A stretch of DNA of 64,000 bases, taken from the NCBI RefSeq assembly GCF_009914755.1, contig NC_060932.1. The stretch is one strand, 5' to 3'. Positions 12,623 through 25,097 of the stretch are shown one piece after another. Each line of letters opens with the position of its first letter. Within the stretch, counting starts at the first letter, position 1. The position numbers and the translations under genes are program-made. This DNA comes from the human T2T-CHM13v2.0 reference genome, Homo sapiens. The notes beneath the pieces are model-generated. The model was not told the DNA's origin and searched no databases. It saw only the letters and a program-made list of their open reading frames with translations.

Positions 12623-14042
12623 CTCTCAAAAAAAAATCAGAACAATTATTTGACTTTACTGCTTTTTCTTCTCAATTCCAATCTGTGTGTTACTTTTATT
12701 TCTTTCTTTCCATTCTATGTTGGTAAATATAAAGATGATTGTGCAAAAGTATTTAAATATCGTCTGATTATACCATTTTTCAGAAAGATAAGGTTTTCCT
12801 CACATCCACTGCTTTCAATAATTCACTCCACTTATGTCTTACAAAATTACACTGTTTTAAATGAAATATGCAGGGAGAAGTAATAAGTATACAGAGAATC
12901 ATAACAGCCCTGCCTACCATTACCCATATTATTCTTTTTCAGATAAATTTTGGTCATTGAACACATCAATACGTCTGGTATTTTTGATGGTCTAAAATCC
13001 CTGATTCTTCAAAAACAATCATAAAAAGTAATTACCTCTTTATATCGGTTTATTTCCTTGTTTAATAGAAGATTTAGCTCTAGAAAAGAGAATGACAAAA
13101 GGTTTAAAAGAGTGAAAAACATCATTTTATTACTAATGTTTTATCAACCCTTCTATGCCGTACTTATCACTGTGTTCCTCTGAGAACCTTTATGACTGTC
13201 AGTGCAATAGATAACAATTGCATTTTTAGGGCAAAAGAAACGATAATAAGGGAATAGGAACTGTTTTAAACAAAATGCCATTTTTCATTGGACAGATTTA
13301 ATTATTACTAGGTACAATAAATAGAATGCATTGTTGAACATTATTGGCTAGCTTCTCCTACGATTTCATTCACTGGATGGCAAGAACATTATCTTGGACA
13401 GAGAAGCTTAAACACTTTTACATCTATAGGAACAAGGTACTGCCAAGAACACTCGGGTATCTTTCTGTTTTTATTAGCCTGGCTTCTCTAACAAGTCCCA
13501 TAAATTCTGTGCCTTTCCAGGGCCACAAAGAACTGGGAAATAGATTATTTTCAGGGTCCATGTATCTTTATGCAGGCTTTCATGGAGCAGCTGGACAGTG
13601 ATTCTTGAACCAGGCTCATAGTGTAATACTAGGAGAGATGATATAATAAAGAGTCAATTTACTATTCAGTTTATAGCCGTCAGTAAATTAGACCTATTTT
13701 CTGGGGATAAAACTGATTGTTTTGCAAGCCAAATATCTTCCCCCGGCAGGTTGGTATATGTGAGACTTCTTTGTGTTTTGAAGAGAGTGTGGTTGCTTCT
13801 TTTGTGAGCAATATTTATTACATATACATTCAAGCTGGGTTTTGTTCTGTTTTTTTTTTTTGAAGAGGATATATTAATAACTGCTAGTTCTAGACAGTTT
13901 GTTCATCCACTGTTTTGAGTAATGTAACAACAACTGTATAGAATTCTAATATATAAGGCCAAGTCTAATGAAAATCCTGTCTAATATTCTTTGTGAGAAA
14001 GCCTTTGCAAGTGCCCCCAAATTACATTTTGAGGGCTTTGCT

Positions 14043-14106
14043 GTTTTTTTTGTTTTTTGTTTTTTTTTTGTTTTGTTTTTTGTTGTTGTTGTTGATGTTG
14101 TTGTTA
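14043..14106. repeat. T-rich/(TTG)n low-complexity tract
   Basis: T runs grading into ttg repeats. Confidence 0.85.
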
Positions 14107-15485
14107 AAATAGAAGTCAGAGGATTTTTCTTACCAACTTTGCCCTTTACATTGCTTCATGGTTATTTCTTAAAGAATTAAATGGATTCTGTATTATAGAG
14201 CCCAAAGTCCTTTGAAAGTAAGGGTAGAATAAGAGAACTGAAGGACGAAAAGCGGAAAGGGAGAGGAGAGGAAGTAAAAAAGCTCAGACTAGTGCATCTG
14301 TAGGTGCTTCATAGCCAGAATAATCTTTTCTAATGTTGAGCTACATATTTTTAGAAACATAGTAAAATTTATCTGGAATATAGTATCGACTAGCTCAAAG
14401 ATAGGGATGACTCTTGGCCCATTTTGCTGCTTAGATCTCAAGGATAAGTAACAATGTAAGTATTATCAATACACTGAGAATACAATAAATGGGAATTTCA
14501 GTAACTCTGTATAGTCTTAGATTAGAATCCTGCATTAAGAAGGTCTTGCTCACCACTTTTCATTCTTCCAGTTCCAAAAGACTCACCTAGATGCCATGCT
14601 TGCCTGTCTCCATGCACTAATGAGAGGATCTCCTAAGGTTCCCGACGTTCTTCCTGCCCTGCCTGGTTTAAGGTGTTTTTGTTTTATTTTCTCTCTTACT
14701 TGGGATTAAACTCTCATCAATGATGTTTCCTGAAATGATAAGGAGGACCCAAACTGCAAATCCAGCCCTTGGCATGATTTTCATTTAGATTATCTGTAGG
14801 TTGGTGTTTTATTGATATTTTCAGGGGCTTCCTGATATGATTTTCTACTCTGGGGAAAATTGGCTGTGGGGATACTATGAGAAATTTTTTATGAAAATGA
14901 AAATTCATAAAAATAAATATTTTAAAATTATTTTTCTGTGTGTATATCCGCTGAGGTTACTGGTCTTTCACACCCACATGAAAGGCCCATGAGAGGCTTT
15001 CCTGCAAACAGAAAATGAATCAGTTGGGGTAGAAGATAGATAGCATTTCAGATTTAGTAACAATTGTGTGGACAGAAAAATATTAAGGAAAATAGAAAAA
15101 AAATCTTTCCTGATGAAATCTAAACAGGCAGAAATAAGACAAAAAGAAATACAATGGTTTTCCATATGTCCTGAATGAAAGAACAGTATTTGTCCTGATA
15201 GAGTTGAAATAGTATGGAGGCTATTTGACAGATGAATTGACAGAATTTCATCACCTAAATCTACTTTATAAAGTGAAAGGACTAGAGAGAAAATGCAGGT
15301 GATGGAATTTCAGTGTGATGACAGGAAACACGCACTACGATCAGTGTTAAGTACCAACCATCCATTTCTGTGTTTTGTGTTGTCTCCTATAATAATTGAG
15401 AATAACATTGGTTCTTCAGTAGCCACTTGCTTTCTTTCATCTCTTTCCTTCTTTTCCTTTCCTCTTGCTCTGTCTGTTTCTCTAG

Positions 15486-15552
15486 GCCACCTGAAAACTA
15501 TACACCGAGCCCAGGCAGAAGCACCTGGATTTCCACTGAGGTCTCCAAGATG
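15486..15552 (+). other. candidate spliced exon (67 nt)
   Basis: ~55-nt polypyrimidine tract ending tttctctag, then donor ATG|gtgaga; no repeat recognised. Confidence 0.45.
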
Positions 15553-16057
15553 GTGAGACAATGCCTAATGTACTTGGTTCAGGAATCCTCTTCTCATAAC
15601 TAAATCTCATCTATTTTTTGATTCCCTCCTTTTCAGAACTTCTAGCCCCCAAATAGCATCCAACTGGTTATTTCCAACTCTCATACTTTAGTTCTGTTTT
15701 TTTCTGCTTACAAATATTGACTTTCTATTTCACCGTGGAGCTTGAGTGTGTGACTCAGATAATAAAAGTTTTGGAAGCCTCTCTCCCTATAAAACAGCCT
15801 AAAATTTATAAAACCTTTGTTTTATTTCACAATGGAAAATTAATCAGATCATGGTATTATTAACATTAGTTCTTTCGTGCTATTGCACTAATAGATTTTA
15901 TTGAAAACATTTTGAAGGTATATGTCTATTCTTTCAGTATCAAACTTATTTTCTGTTGTGTGTTTGTGCAATTCTATTCCTGTTCATGTACAATTAACTC
16001 TATAATTGATACTTTGCTTTTAGTTGATGCTTAGAACAATTATTTTGGAATATAATT

Positions 16058-17349
16058 CAGTCACGCACGCTTCAACTGGGACCCACGTGTCATGTTGGAG
16101 CAGAAAAATTCCTGTCACCTAGTGACATTTTAGCCATCATAACAGCATAGACTAATGCATTACTAATGTGTTTGTGCCAATGCTGATGCAAACAAACCTA
16201 CTGCACTGCCAGTTGTATAAAAGTCTGGCACATACAATTATATATAGTACATAATACATGATAATGATAATAAACAATTATGTTAGTGGTTTATTTGTTT
16301 ACTGTACTCTATTTTTAATCAGTTTAGAGTGTATTCATTCTGCTTATTAACAACAAAAAGTTAACTGTAGCTTAGCTACAGGCAGGACCTCCAGGAGGTG
16401 TTCCAGAAGGCAATATTATCATAGAAGATGACAGCTCCATATGTGTTATTGCCCCTGACAATCTTCCAGAGGGACAGCATGTGAAGATGGAAGAGAATGA
16501 TATCTATCATCCTGATCCTATGTAGGCCTAGGCTCAAGTGTGTGTTTGTGTCTTAATTTTTTAACAAAAACGTTTAAGAAGTAAAAAAATAAATAAATAA
16601 AAATAAAAAAATAAGTCTATAAATAAAAATATAAAGAAAGAAAATATTTTTGTACTGCTGGACAATGCTTATTTTAAGCTGTGTTATTACAAAAGAGTCA
16701 AAAAGATTAAAAAGTATATAAGGGAAGCCAGGCATGGTGGCTCATGCCTGTATTCCCAGCTATTGGGGAGGCTATTTTGGGTGGGGTGCTTGAGCCCAGG
16801 AGTTTGTGCCACTGCACTCTAACCTGGACAATACAAAGAGATCATGTCTTTTTTTTTTTAAAGGTTATAAATGAAAAATGTGACAGAAAGCTAGAATTAA
16901 TTTATTACTGAGGAAAGAAAAATACTTTTTATAAATTTTGTGTAATCTAAATGTACAGTGATGTCCTAGCCTGCACATTGAATTACCACTCACTCACTGA
17001 CTCTCCCAGAGCAACTTTCAGTCCCTCAAGCTCCCCTTGTGATATGTGCCCTATTCAGGTGTACCATTTTTAATCTTTTGTATGGCATTCTTACTGTACC
17101 ATTTTTATATTTAGACATGTTTAGATACACAAATAGTTATCATTGTTTTACAATTGCCTACAGTATTCAGTACAGTAACGTGCTGTACAGGTTCGTAGCC
17201 TGGGAGCAACAGGCTACACCATATAGCCTATGTGTGTAGTAGGCTCTACCATCTAGATTCCTGTAAGTGCACTTTATGATGTTTGCACAACAAAATGACC
17301 TAAAAACACATCTCATAACATATACCTGTTGTTAAGTGATGTACAACTG
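16058..17349 (+). mobile_element. Tigger3b (Golem)-like DNA transposon
   Basis: TIR-like ends cagtca... and ...aactg; internal gaaaaattcctgtcacctagtgac, aaacaaacctactgcactgccagt, gtacagtaacgtgctgtacagg. Confidence 0.88.
16726..16859 (+). mobile_element. Alu monomer (FAM/FLAM/FRAM-like) nested in Tigger3b
   Basis: gccaggcatggtggctcatgcctgta...gcttgagcccaggagttt...ccactgcactct; flanked by aaaagtatataa and aaaggttataa. Confidence 0.8.
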
Positions 17350-17599
17350 CATTTTAAAACTCTTTCTGTTATACATTATAATAATTTTTCACTTCATTAA
17401 GCATTTTCTCATAACATAGTTTATGTGTGCATAATAAGTAGTCATAATCAATTACAGAAAATGATTTCTAATTTAAAAGTAAGTGATTTCCAACTGCAGA
17501 GAACTCAAGTTGTTTTAAAACTTTTAAAATAAGAGCATATCAATAAATATTATATTATGTATCTTATATAATTTTCTATGTATCTTTAAATTTTTCAAA

Positions 17600-18410
17600 A
17601 GTTTTTAGGAAAAAAAATCACTCCAAAGTAAATAATAAATAGAATCTTTCAGAATATATATTGCAAAAGGCAATCCAGAAACACTCTGAAATATATATAT
17701 AATATATATAAAAATATAGAGAGATATATATGTGCATTCACTAATGTATGTAGTATCTACTTATCTATAGCATCACAACATCAAGGATTAAACTTAAAAA
17801 AATTTTTGGCAATTGTTTAGTTGAGATGTTTATATAATTTTATTAATGTATTATGGCTATTCATAAATTATAGCTATTAGCCATTTTTCTGTAATTTTTC
17901 CTCAATATATTTGCCAAGTTTATTTGACTTTATAATTTATTTTGTTATTTTTTGTAAATTTACTTTTAAATGTCAAACTTATCAGTATTTACAATTTTTT
18001 TAAGAAGACTTTTTTTATATTAGACATTGGTCTGTACTTTCTTTTAATTCTTTCATTTTACATTTAACTTTTTATATAAATGGATATAATTAGTTGTGTT
18101 AAGTATAAAATTTGAATCTTTGAATTTTTAAAGCAACTAACCAAACATCAAAAGGCAATTATATTTTCCTGACTGGTTTGCATTTCTACATTAAAAAAAT
18201 ATAATATGTAAATGCATGTATATATAATTTCTTATTTATACTATAAAGTCTTACTAATACTAGTAGTAAATTATAATGTTTATTTTTAATATAAAATAAC
18301 ATGTATAGCATAAATTATAATATATTACTTTTATTATAATGCTACTAAAATTTTCTGCTGTTACATTTAGAAATTTGGCATCTATATTTAATTAGTAATA
18401 TAGATCTATG
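17600..18410 (-). mobile_element. old L1M(E/C) fragment, resuming near 19810-19900
   Basis: T-rich antisense L1-like motifs (tttagaaatttggcatctatatt...; gttggcttcattaaatgaatttgg). Confidence 0.5.
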
Positions 18411-18432
18411 GGACAGTTACATGGTACATGAT

Positions 18433-18878
18433 ATGTGTAGTAGTTCTCCTGTCAAGAGAGTATTTATATGTAAGGTGTACAGTCAGCCGCATCCCTGCAG
18501 CAGCAGTGCCTTTGTTTTTCTCTGCAGCATTCAAGCTCAGAGCACATTCTGCCTGGGCAGCTCCAGCCAAAGTCTAAGGCGATTAGGATTCCTAGAGCCT
18601 GGCCATATCTAACCAATCTCAGACTCTTCTTCAGTCATGTTACATGTTGGGACTCCCCATGAAGCTGGGCAAGACTCAGGCCCGCACTTCTCTAAGAATC
18701 TTTCTCCTCAATATTTTCCTCCCTTCCCCTTCTCCTTCCATAGGTATAATGCTAACTCCCTAGTCTGAAGGGGTTCCCTGACTCTTCTTGTTAGCTCTTC
18801 CCAGCCTTCCACATGTATTTCCTCAATTAATTCCTTGCTCTCACTGAATCTTCTTCTCAGAGGTCCTAAATGGAAAGA
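18433..18878 (+). mobile_element. old ERVL-class LTR (LTR33-like)
   Basis: GC-richer ~450-bp block starting tgtg and ending cttctcagaggtcctaaa, like LTR33/LTR16 3' ends. Confidence 0.45.
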
Positions 18879-18899
18879 GTCCACAAGTTCCTTTATTTT

Positions 18900-19776
18900 T
18901 TTTTTATCATTATACTTTAAGTTTTAGCGTACATGTGCACATTGTGCAGGTTAGTTACATATGTATACATGTGCCATGCTGGTGTGCTGCACCCACTAAC
19001 TCGTCATCTAGCATTAGGTATATCTCCCAATGCTATCCCTCCCCCCTCCCCCCACCCCACAACCGTCCCCAGAGTGTGATGTTCCCCTTCCTGTGTCCAT
19101 GTGAGCTCATTGTTCAATTCCCACCTATGAGTGAGAATATGCGGTGTTTGGTTTTTTGTTCTTGCGATAGTTTACTGAGAATGATGGTTTCCGATTTCAT
19201 CCATGTCCCTACAAAGGACATGAACTCATCATTTTTTATGGCTGCATAGTATTCCATGGTGTATATGTGCCACATTTTCTTAATCCAGTCTATCATTGTT
19301 GGACATTTGGGTTGGTTCCAAGTCTTTGCTATTGTGAATAATGCCGCAATAAACATACGTGTGCATGTGTCTTTATAGCAGCATGATTTATAGTCCTTTG
19401 GGTATATACCCAGTAATGGGATGGCTGGGTCAAATGGTATTTCTAGCTCTAGATCCCTGAGGAATCGCCACACTGACTTCCACAATGGTTGAACTAGTTT
19501 ACAGTCCCACCAGCAGTGTAAAAGTCTTCCTATTTCTCCACATCCTCTCCAGCACCTGTTGTTTCCTGACTTTTTAATGATTTTCGCAACCTACTCATCT
19601 GACAAAGAGCTAATATCCAGAATCTACAATGAACTCAAACAAATTTACAAGAAAAAAAACAAACAACCCCATCAAAAAGTGGGCGAAGGACATGAACAGA
19701 CACTTCTCAAAAGAAGACATTTATGCAGCCAAAAAACACATGAAAAAATGCTCACCATCACTGGCCATCAGAGCAA
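18900..19776 (-). mobile_element. young 5'-inverted L1PA2-like LINE-1
   Basis: Poly-T tail; 3'UTR with GAG (not the Ta ACA) diagnostic; open ORF2 C-terminus (ORF 19114..19485); inverted piece 19580-19776; perfect 18-bp TSD CACAAGTTCCTTTATTTT at 18882-18899 and 19777-19794. Confidence 0.95.
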
Positions 19777-20406
19777 CACAAGTTCCTTTATTTTACTCCT
19801 TTCTCAAGAATGCTTAATAATGTTATGTTGGCTTCATTAAATGAATTTGGTAGCTTTCCATCTTTCTAATATTCTTTAAAAAATTTGTATTATGAGAATT
19901 AGGTTTCTCTTATGTTTTGAAAAAACAATTAAAACCTTTAGGCTTTGTAAATATTGTTGCTTATTTTTGATAATCTTTCTTTTTTGTAGCATTGTATAGT
20001 TTTGAAAATTACTTTTCTTGGGATAATTTTGAGATTTATGTTTGGGTGGATTAATATACCTCTGTGTGGTTGCAAATCACTTAAATACTTTTAAATTTGC
20101 AAATCCTTCCTTGTAATTGATTATAACTGATTATTATGCAAACATAAAATATTTTATGAGAAAATACTTAATGATTTGAAAAATTACTTCAAATATAAGA
20201 TGGAGTTCATATTACATTTTTCTTAGGTTTTGAAAGAATAATTAAAACATTTATGCTTTGTAAATATTGTTGCTTCTTTTTGATAATCCGTTTCTTTTCT
20301 TATAGGATTTAAGCTTTCATATGGCTATTATATATGGCTACAAAATTACTATTTATATACATATAGACATATTTATACATGTATATATAATAGTGATTTT
20401 CTAGCC

Positions 20407-20408
20407 AT

Positions 20409-20445
<37 letters not shown>

Positions 20446-20465
20446 CACACACATATATACATACA
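20407..20465. repeat. compound (CA)n/(TA)n microsatellite
   Basis: About (CA)13 followed by alternating TA and CA runs. Confidence 0.95.
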
Positions 20466-21368
20466 GTTTTTTTATGGGTAGAGAAATCACCACTTTCCCA
20501 GGATTGTTCATACATTATTTTTATTCACTAATTTTCAGATTATCTATAGTTACATTATCCTTCTTATTAGTCTTGTATGTGTGCAAATTTGTTTTCTTAA
20601 GTTGTGACACACTTGATTTTTTTATGTCTAATTTTAATTTTTACTTCTCAATTTACTTTTACTTTTTCTTATATAAGGGAAAATATAGGGTCTCATATTT
20701 TGTATTTGTGCTGATATGTAAAGCTGTGAGAAGATATGCATTATTATTTTTCCTCAGAGCAAAGGGGGCAGAGTTTTTTTCCTTAATAGTGGGAAGGCCA
20801 GAAACAAATATATGAATCCATATAGAAAGAACTCTGGGTCCAAATTCTAGGGAGAGCACACAGGATAGGAAAAAAAAGCTCAAGAGATAAACTGAAAATT
20901 CTTAATGGTAACAACAGGCAAGGCAAGTTAGCACCTGAACACTAATTTTTAACAATAGCTACTATTTCACAAGATTTATATAATAAATACACAAAATTAT
21001 GCAGATTCTACTCAAATTATTTTATTCTTTTTAGTTCACATAATCGCTAATAACATCATTTAACATGTTTTCAATTAATTATCAAAATTTCAAATGTATT
21101 CACTTCATTTAGCCCATCCTGGACAACAGCATTCTTTCACTTATCCATAGGATCTAATCATAACTTATGTTATTTTATTTATCATGTGCTTTCTGAGGTA
21201 AAAATCTGTATGACTTGTGTAGGAAGATTTAAGAAAATTAAATACTGTGAACTGGAAAAGATATTGTGCTTATCTGAAAGTATTTTATAATCAAGCAGAA
21301 TGCATGTTTAATGCCACAATAATTTATTATAAAGGAATTTATTTCCTTTGTGTTTGTTCTACAAATAG

Positions 21369-21480
21369 GCTTACCTTTTAAAATACAATTTCTGTAAAAA
21401 TATAAGAGAACTAACAAATGACATTCATCTCATAAGACAAAGAGGAATACTGGCACTATTTTGGTTTATATGTCAAAAAG
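21369..21480 (+). other. candidate spliced exon (112 nt)
   Basis: Acceptor ttatttcctttgtgtttgttctacaaatag|G and strong donor AAG|gtaaga; frame 0 open throughout. Confidence 0.3.
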
Positions 21481-21954
21481 GTAAGAATGGAAATAATTAT
21501 TCCAGAGCACCAGCTCACCTCTAGCTGTCCTGTGTATTCAAGCTGACTGAAACTTTTGAAGCTATTTCAGACACAGTCACATTGGGAGATTCTTTGAGTT
21601 TTCTTGTCCTCCTGGATGCCACTTTTCTTTCATTTCACTTTTGTTTTTTTATCTGTGCATTTTAATCCATTTGTGAATATTCCCATACTTTTCTGTGCTA
21701 GATGCCTTTTTTAAGCAAAAAAAAATTTGTTCTTAATTTTTATTCTTGGCTAGTACATATTTTTGCCAATACTCCTGCAAAGATTAAAAAGGATATATTC
21801 AGAAATGTTTACATTTTGAAATATTATTAAACCATTTCAATATTTTTTAATTGCAGATGTTAACTAATGAGTAATAATTATATGCTGGACATAATAGTAG
21901 ATTTTTTATACCATAACAATGCTGTGAGTTTGGTAGTTTTTGAGTAAATGGACA

Positions 21955-22260
21955 AAGGCTGGATCTTAGTTGCCCCACTCGCTATCTCTGTAACCTAAGG
22001 GGAGTCCTTCAAAATTGTGAAACTTCCCTCTCTAAATATGGGAAAGAAAGATTATAATGACCTACTTCTTATAAATTTGTTTTAAGAATAAAAGAGTCAA
22101 TACAGGTAAAGCACTTATCAATGCAGCTAAATACAGGGACAACTCCCATTACATTTTAGTTATTTGTTGGTATTAAAATTTTCATTTTTCACAAGATGAA
22201 ATAGATTAATAGATGCTAAGTCATTTATCAAATATCACACAGCTGATGTGAAGTTTCATC
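21955..22260. mobile_element. MIR SINE fragments (+ then -)
   Basis: MIR core (ctaaatatggg...ataatgacctac...gtaaagcactta) followed by a reverse core (tttcacaagatgaa...gctaagtcattt...tcacacagct). Confidence 0.6.
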
Positions 22261-22529
22261 AGGTTGCAAATCTCTCTCAGCCATGGGTTCAGAAGCAACC
22301 TCTCTTTCCCTAAATATGGACAGTAATTTCTGGATGAGCAACTTAAGAAATGTAGAATACTCAGAAGATGGGGTGTGAGGCAATCATGATCTGAAATAGT
22401 GAAACATCGGTTTTTATGATAAATGGATTTTTTTGAAGTTTGTACTTACATCTTCTGTGTTTGAAGGCAGTAGTTAACAATTTCTGTTTCTGAAAAATGG
22501 TAGGGGAATCATGCCAGCAGATAGGCAAA

Positions 22530-22735
22530 TCTGGTAAGATAAGAACTGAGAAATATTTACTTGATTTGGGTATTGCAAGTTCACATTTAACTTTAGTGAG
22601 AGCACCTTCTATACAATGGACACAAGAGCACACCAAGTTCAGTTGTTGATGAGAGATGAAGAGTTGGAAACTAAGAGACAGTACACACAATTCTTTCAAC
22701 AAGCTCTGTGGTAACTAGAGGGAAAGAGTTGCTAG
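22530..22735 (-). mobile_element. L2 fragment
   Basis: aagataagaactgagaa...ttgatttgg...aactttagtgagagca...caattctttcaacaagctctg. Confidence 0.6.
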
Positions 22736-24055
22736 AGAAAAGTGAGTTTATTATTATAATAGTCTCAGGGTGTGATATATGGATTTCTCTTATCCAAAAG
22801 ACACACCTATATGTGGCTGTTGTGGACAAGTGATTCTTTGTGGTTTGCTAACTTCAGCATAAATAGACAGAGAGATGGTATCTTTCTCTTTGCAGTTACA
22901 ATGAGAACCTGTTGATACACTTTTAATGCTGAAGATGAGAATTAAAGGGAAGCTTATTTAATGCAAAACTTCTGCAAACTTGGCATGATTTCTTATTGAC
23001 TTTTATAACTTAATTTGTGTTATATTAGTAAAAATTTCACATATTCTGGATGGCACGTATAATTTATTTAAGTAAATTGCATTATCCTCCCTCATTTAAG
23101 ACACTATAATACCTCAGTGGTAGTTAAAAAGTGCTGAAATGTATGGCCAGTAATTAAAAAATTGTTATAAAGGATTTGTGTTGACATTGTTTTCTTTCAT
23201 CAATTGTTCATTTACAGAGCCCATATTTTACTCCTACAGAAAGTGATAAATTTAAGATGAGAGTGGCAAAAGAACTGAGGAACACTGGGGAGAGTATTAT
23301 ATTAATAACTGGAAAAAGGAATCTTGTTGGAATAACAACATGGAAGCTGTTTCTATTGCTCTAAATGTTTGTTTCAAAAGTGTGTTCATGCTGGAGGGTG
23401 GAGAAGAGGGATGAATTAGTCAATGTCCTATATGTTACTGCTATGATACTAAACTTTTTCTGAATTTTTTTTAGTATGGTTTGGTTTCATGTTCGACCGA
23501 GGAGTCATACCTGCATGAGTTGCATTAATGAAAAGGTCTCATTCTCTTGCAACATACCAGTAGCTGTTGCTACTTGTTCAGCCCATAACCATTTCAATTT
23601 GCTACAGGGATATTACCCCTTGGGCCTTGGAATGCACTTTAAACCTCTCTAGTGTATAGTTTTACTCATGGTATAATTCAGTGGTTTCACTGTGATTACA
23701 GCAAATGGTATATTGGGCTAAACCCCAAATACCAAGCAATAAGTCAATAAATGGATTTTTTTTTCATTTTTTAAATTACCAACTTCTTGGCAATACTGTA
23801 TTTTTGCTTAAGTAAATAGTTCCAATTGACTTATGACCACATGTATTCTCTACCATATTTTGTAAAATATTGTGCAATTTTCCACACTAACCTAATATCC
23901 CCTTAGGTTACAGAGATAGTGAGTGAGGCAACTAAGATCCAGCTTTGTCCATTTACTCAACTTTCTTTCAAAGACCATTCTCCTAGATTGGAGAAAAAAT
24001 GCTCCAGTTCTCAATGAAATCTTTCTCTATTTTTGCTTAACGTGGTCTCTTTCAG

Positions 24056-24347
24056 GTGATTACTTAAGGATTTTCCACTTCTTCTAACTTTCAAGATGGT
24101 ATCTGCATGCAGGGAAAAGCATACACATCCTCCAGGCATGGGTAGACTGGTGTGACAGTCAGGCTGTTCCTCAGGTCCTTGCTTGGTCTTCCAGTGATCT
24201 GGTATATTGAATCCTTGTTGCATAACTAGCCCTTAGTTTGGATCTCCCTAGCACTGCCAGTCTTTTGAGGTTGACTGGCAATATCCAGTCACTTTTTGTT
24301 TAGATTTATTGCTTTCCTTATAGTCTTGTCATACTCTCCCAATTATG
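24056..24347 (+). other. candidate spliced exon (292 nt)
   Basis: Branch-like CTTAAC plus gtggtctctttcag|G acceptor; donor ATG|gtgagt. Confidence 0.3.
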
Positions 24348-24968
24348 GTGAGTAAGCACTAACTGCTTTTAAGGTACTTTCCACTGCAGAGTTTAGTGCT
24401 ACTGGATTTTCTTTGCTGTGGGAGTAGTCAAGAGAAGTGAAAGATTAACTCAAGCCATTTACCTGGGCACTGGGCTCAGTCATTTCTGTTCCTCAGCAAA
24501 TGCTTCATGCTGAACATATGGAGTGTTCTTTAAATTGTCTATAATTCGTCTAGGCTGCATCTAGGATTGCTATGTTTGAAGTAATTTTACCACCATGTCT
24601 ACAAGGTTCTATCTATAGTTGAAAATAAATACCACTTGGTTTATTTCTAAATATCGTCCCGCTATATAGTTATATGGGTTTTTTAGGTCATATCTTAAAA
24701 AACTTCATCCAGGGCTCCTCTTAATCTCACCTACTTTTATTTAACAACATAATGGTTTGGACTAAGGCAAATAATATGCTTCAAAATAGAGTATGCAAAT
24801 AGAACCATGTGCATGAAATGCAACTAGCTTTTTCCCTATTATAAATATTATACTAAATTCTGGATTTATCAATGAGTTGTACATATATTTGTGAGAGAAT
24901 GATGAAATGCCATTGGATAAAATTTTAAGTTGCATAGCGCATAAAACTATAGACTTCATTCAAAACCA

Positions 24969-25007
24969 ATTTTAAGTAAAAGAATTATTTTAAGTAAAAG
25001 AATTATT
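24969..25007. repeat. perfect 18-bp tandem duplication
   Basis: ATTTTAAGTAAAAGAATT x2. Confidence 0.95.
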
Positions 25008-25055
25008 CTCTTCAGACTATGGCATTATCAGATTGCATAAAAGCATGCTTTTAAT

Positions 25056-25097
25056 ATTATTTTTGTTATAGAGAAATTATTTTTGTTATAGAGAAAT
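25056..25097. repeat. perfect 20-bp tandem duplication
   Basis: ATTATTTTTGTTATAGAGAA x2. Confidence 0.95.

Noticed and set aside
19114-19485. 123-aa ORF
   Set aside because: C-terminus of L1 ORF2 in a 5'-truncated element with no promoter; not a host gene
20474-20815. Hydrophobic 113-aa ORF
   Set aside because: Product of T-rich low-complexity DNA; no splice or homology support
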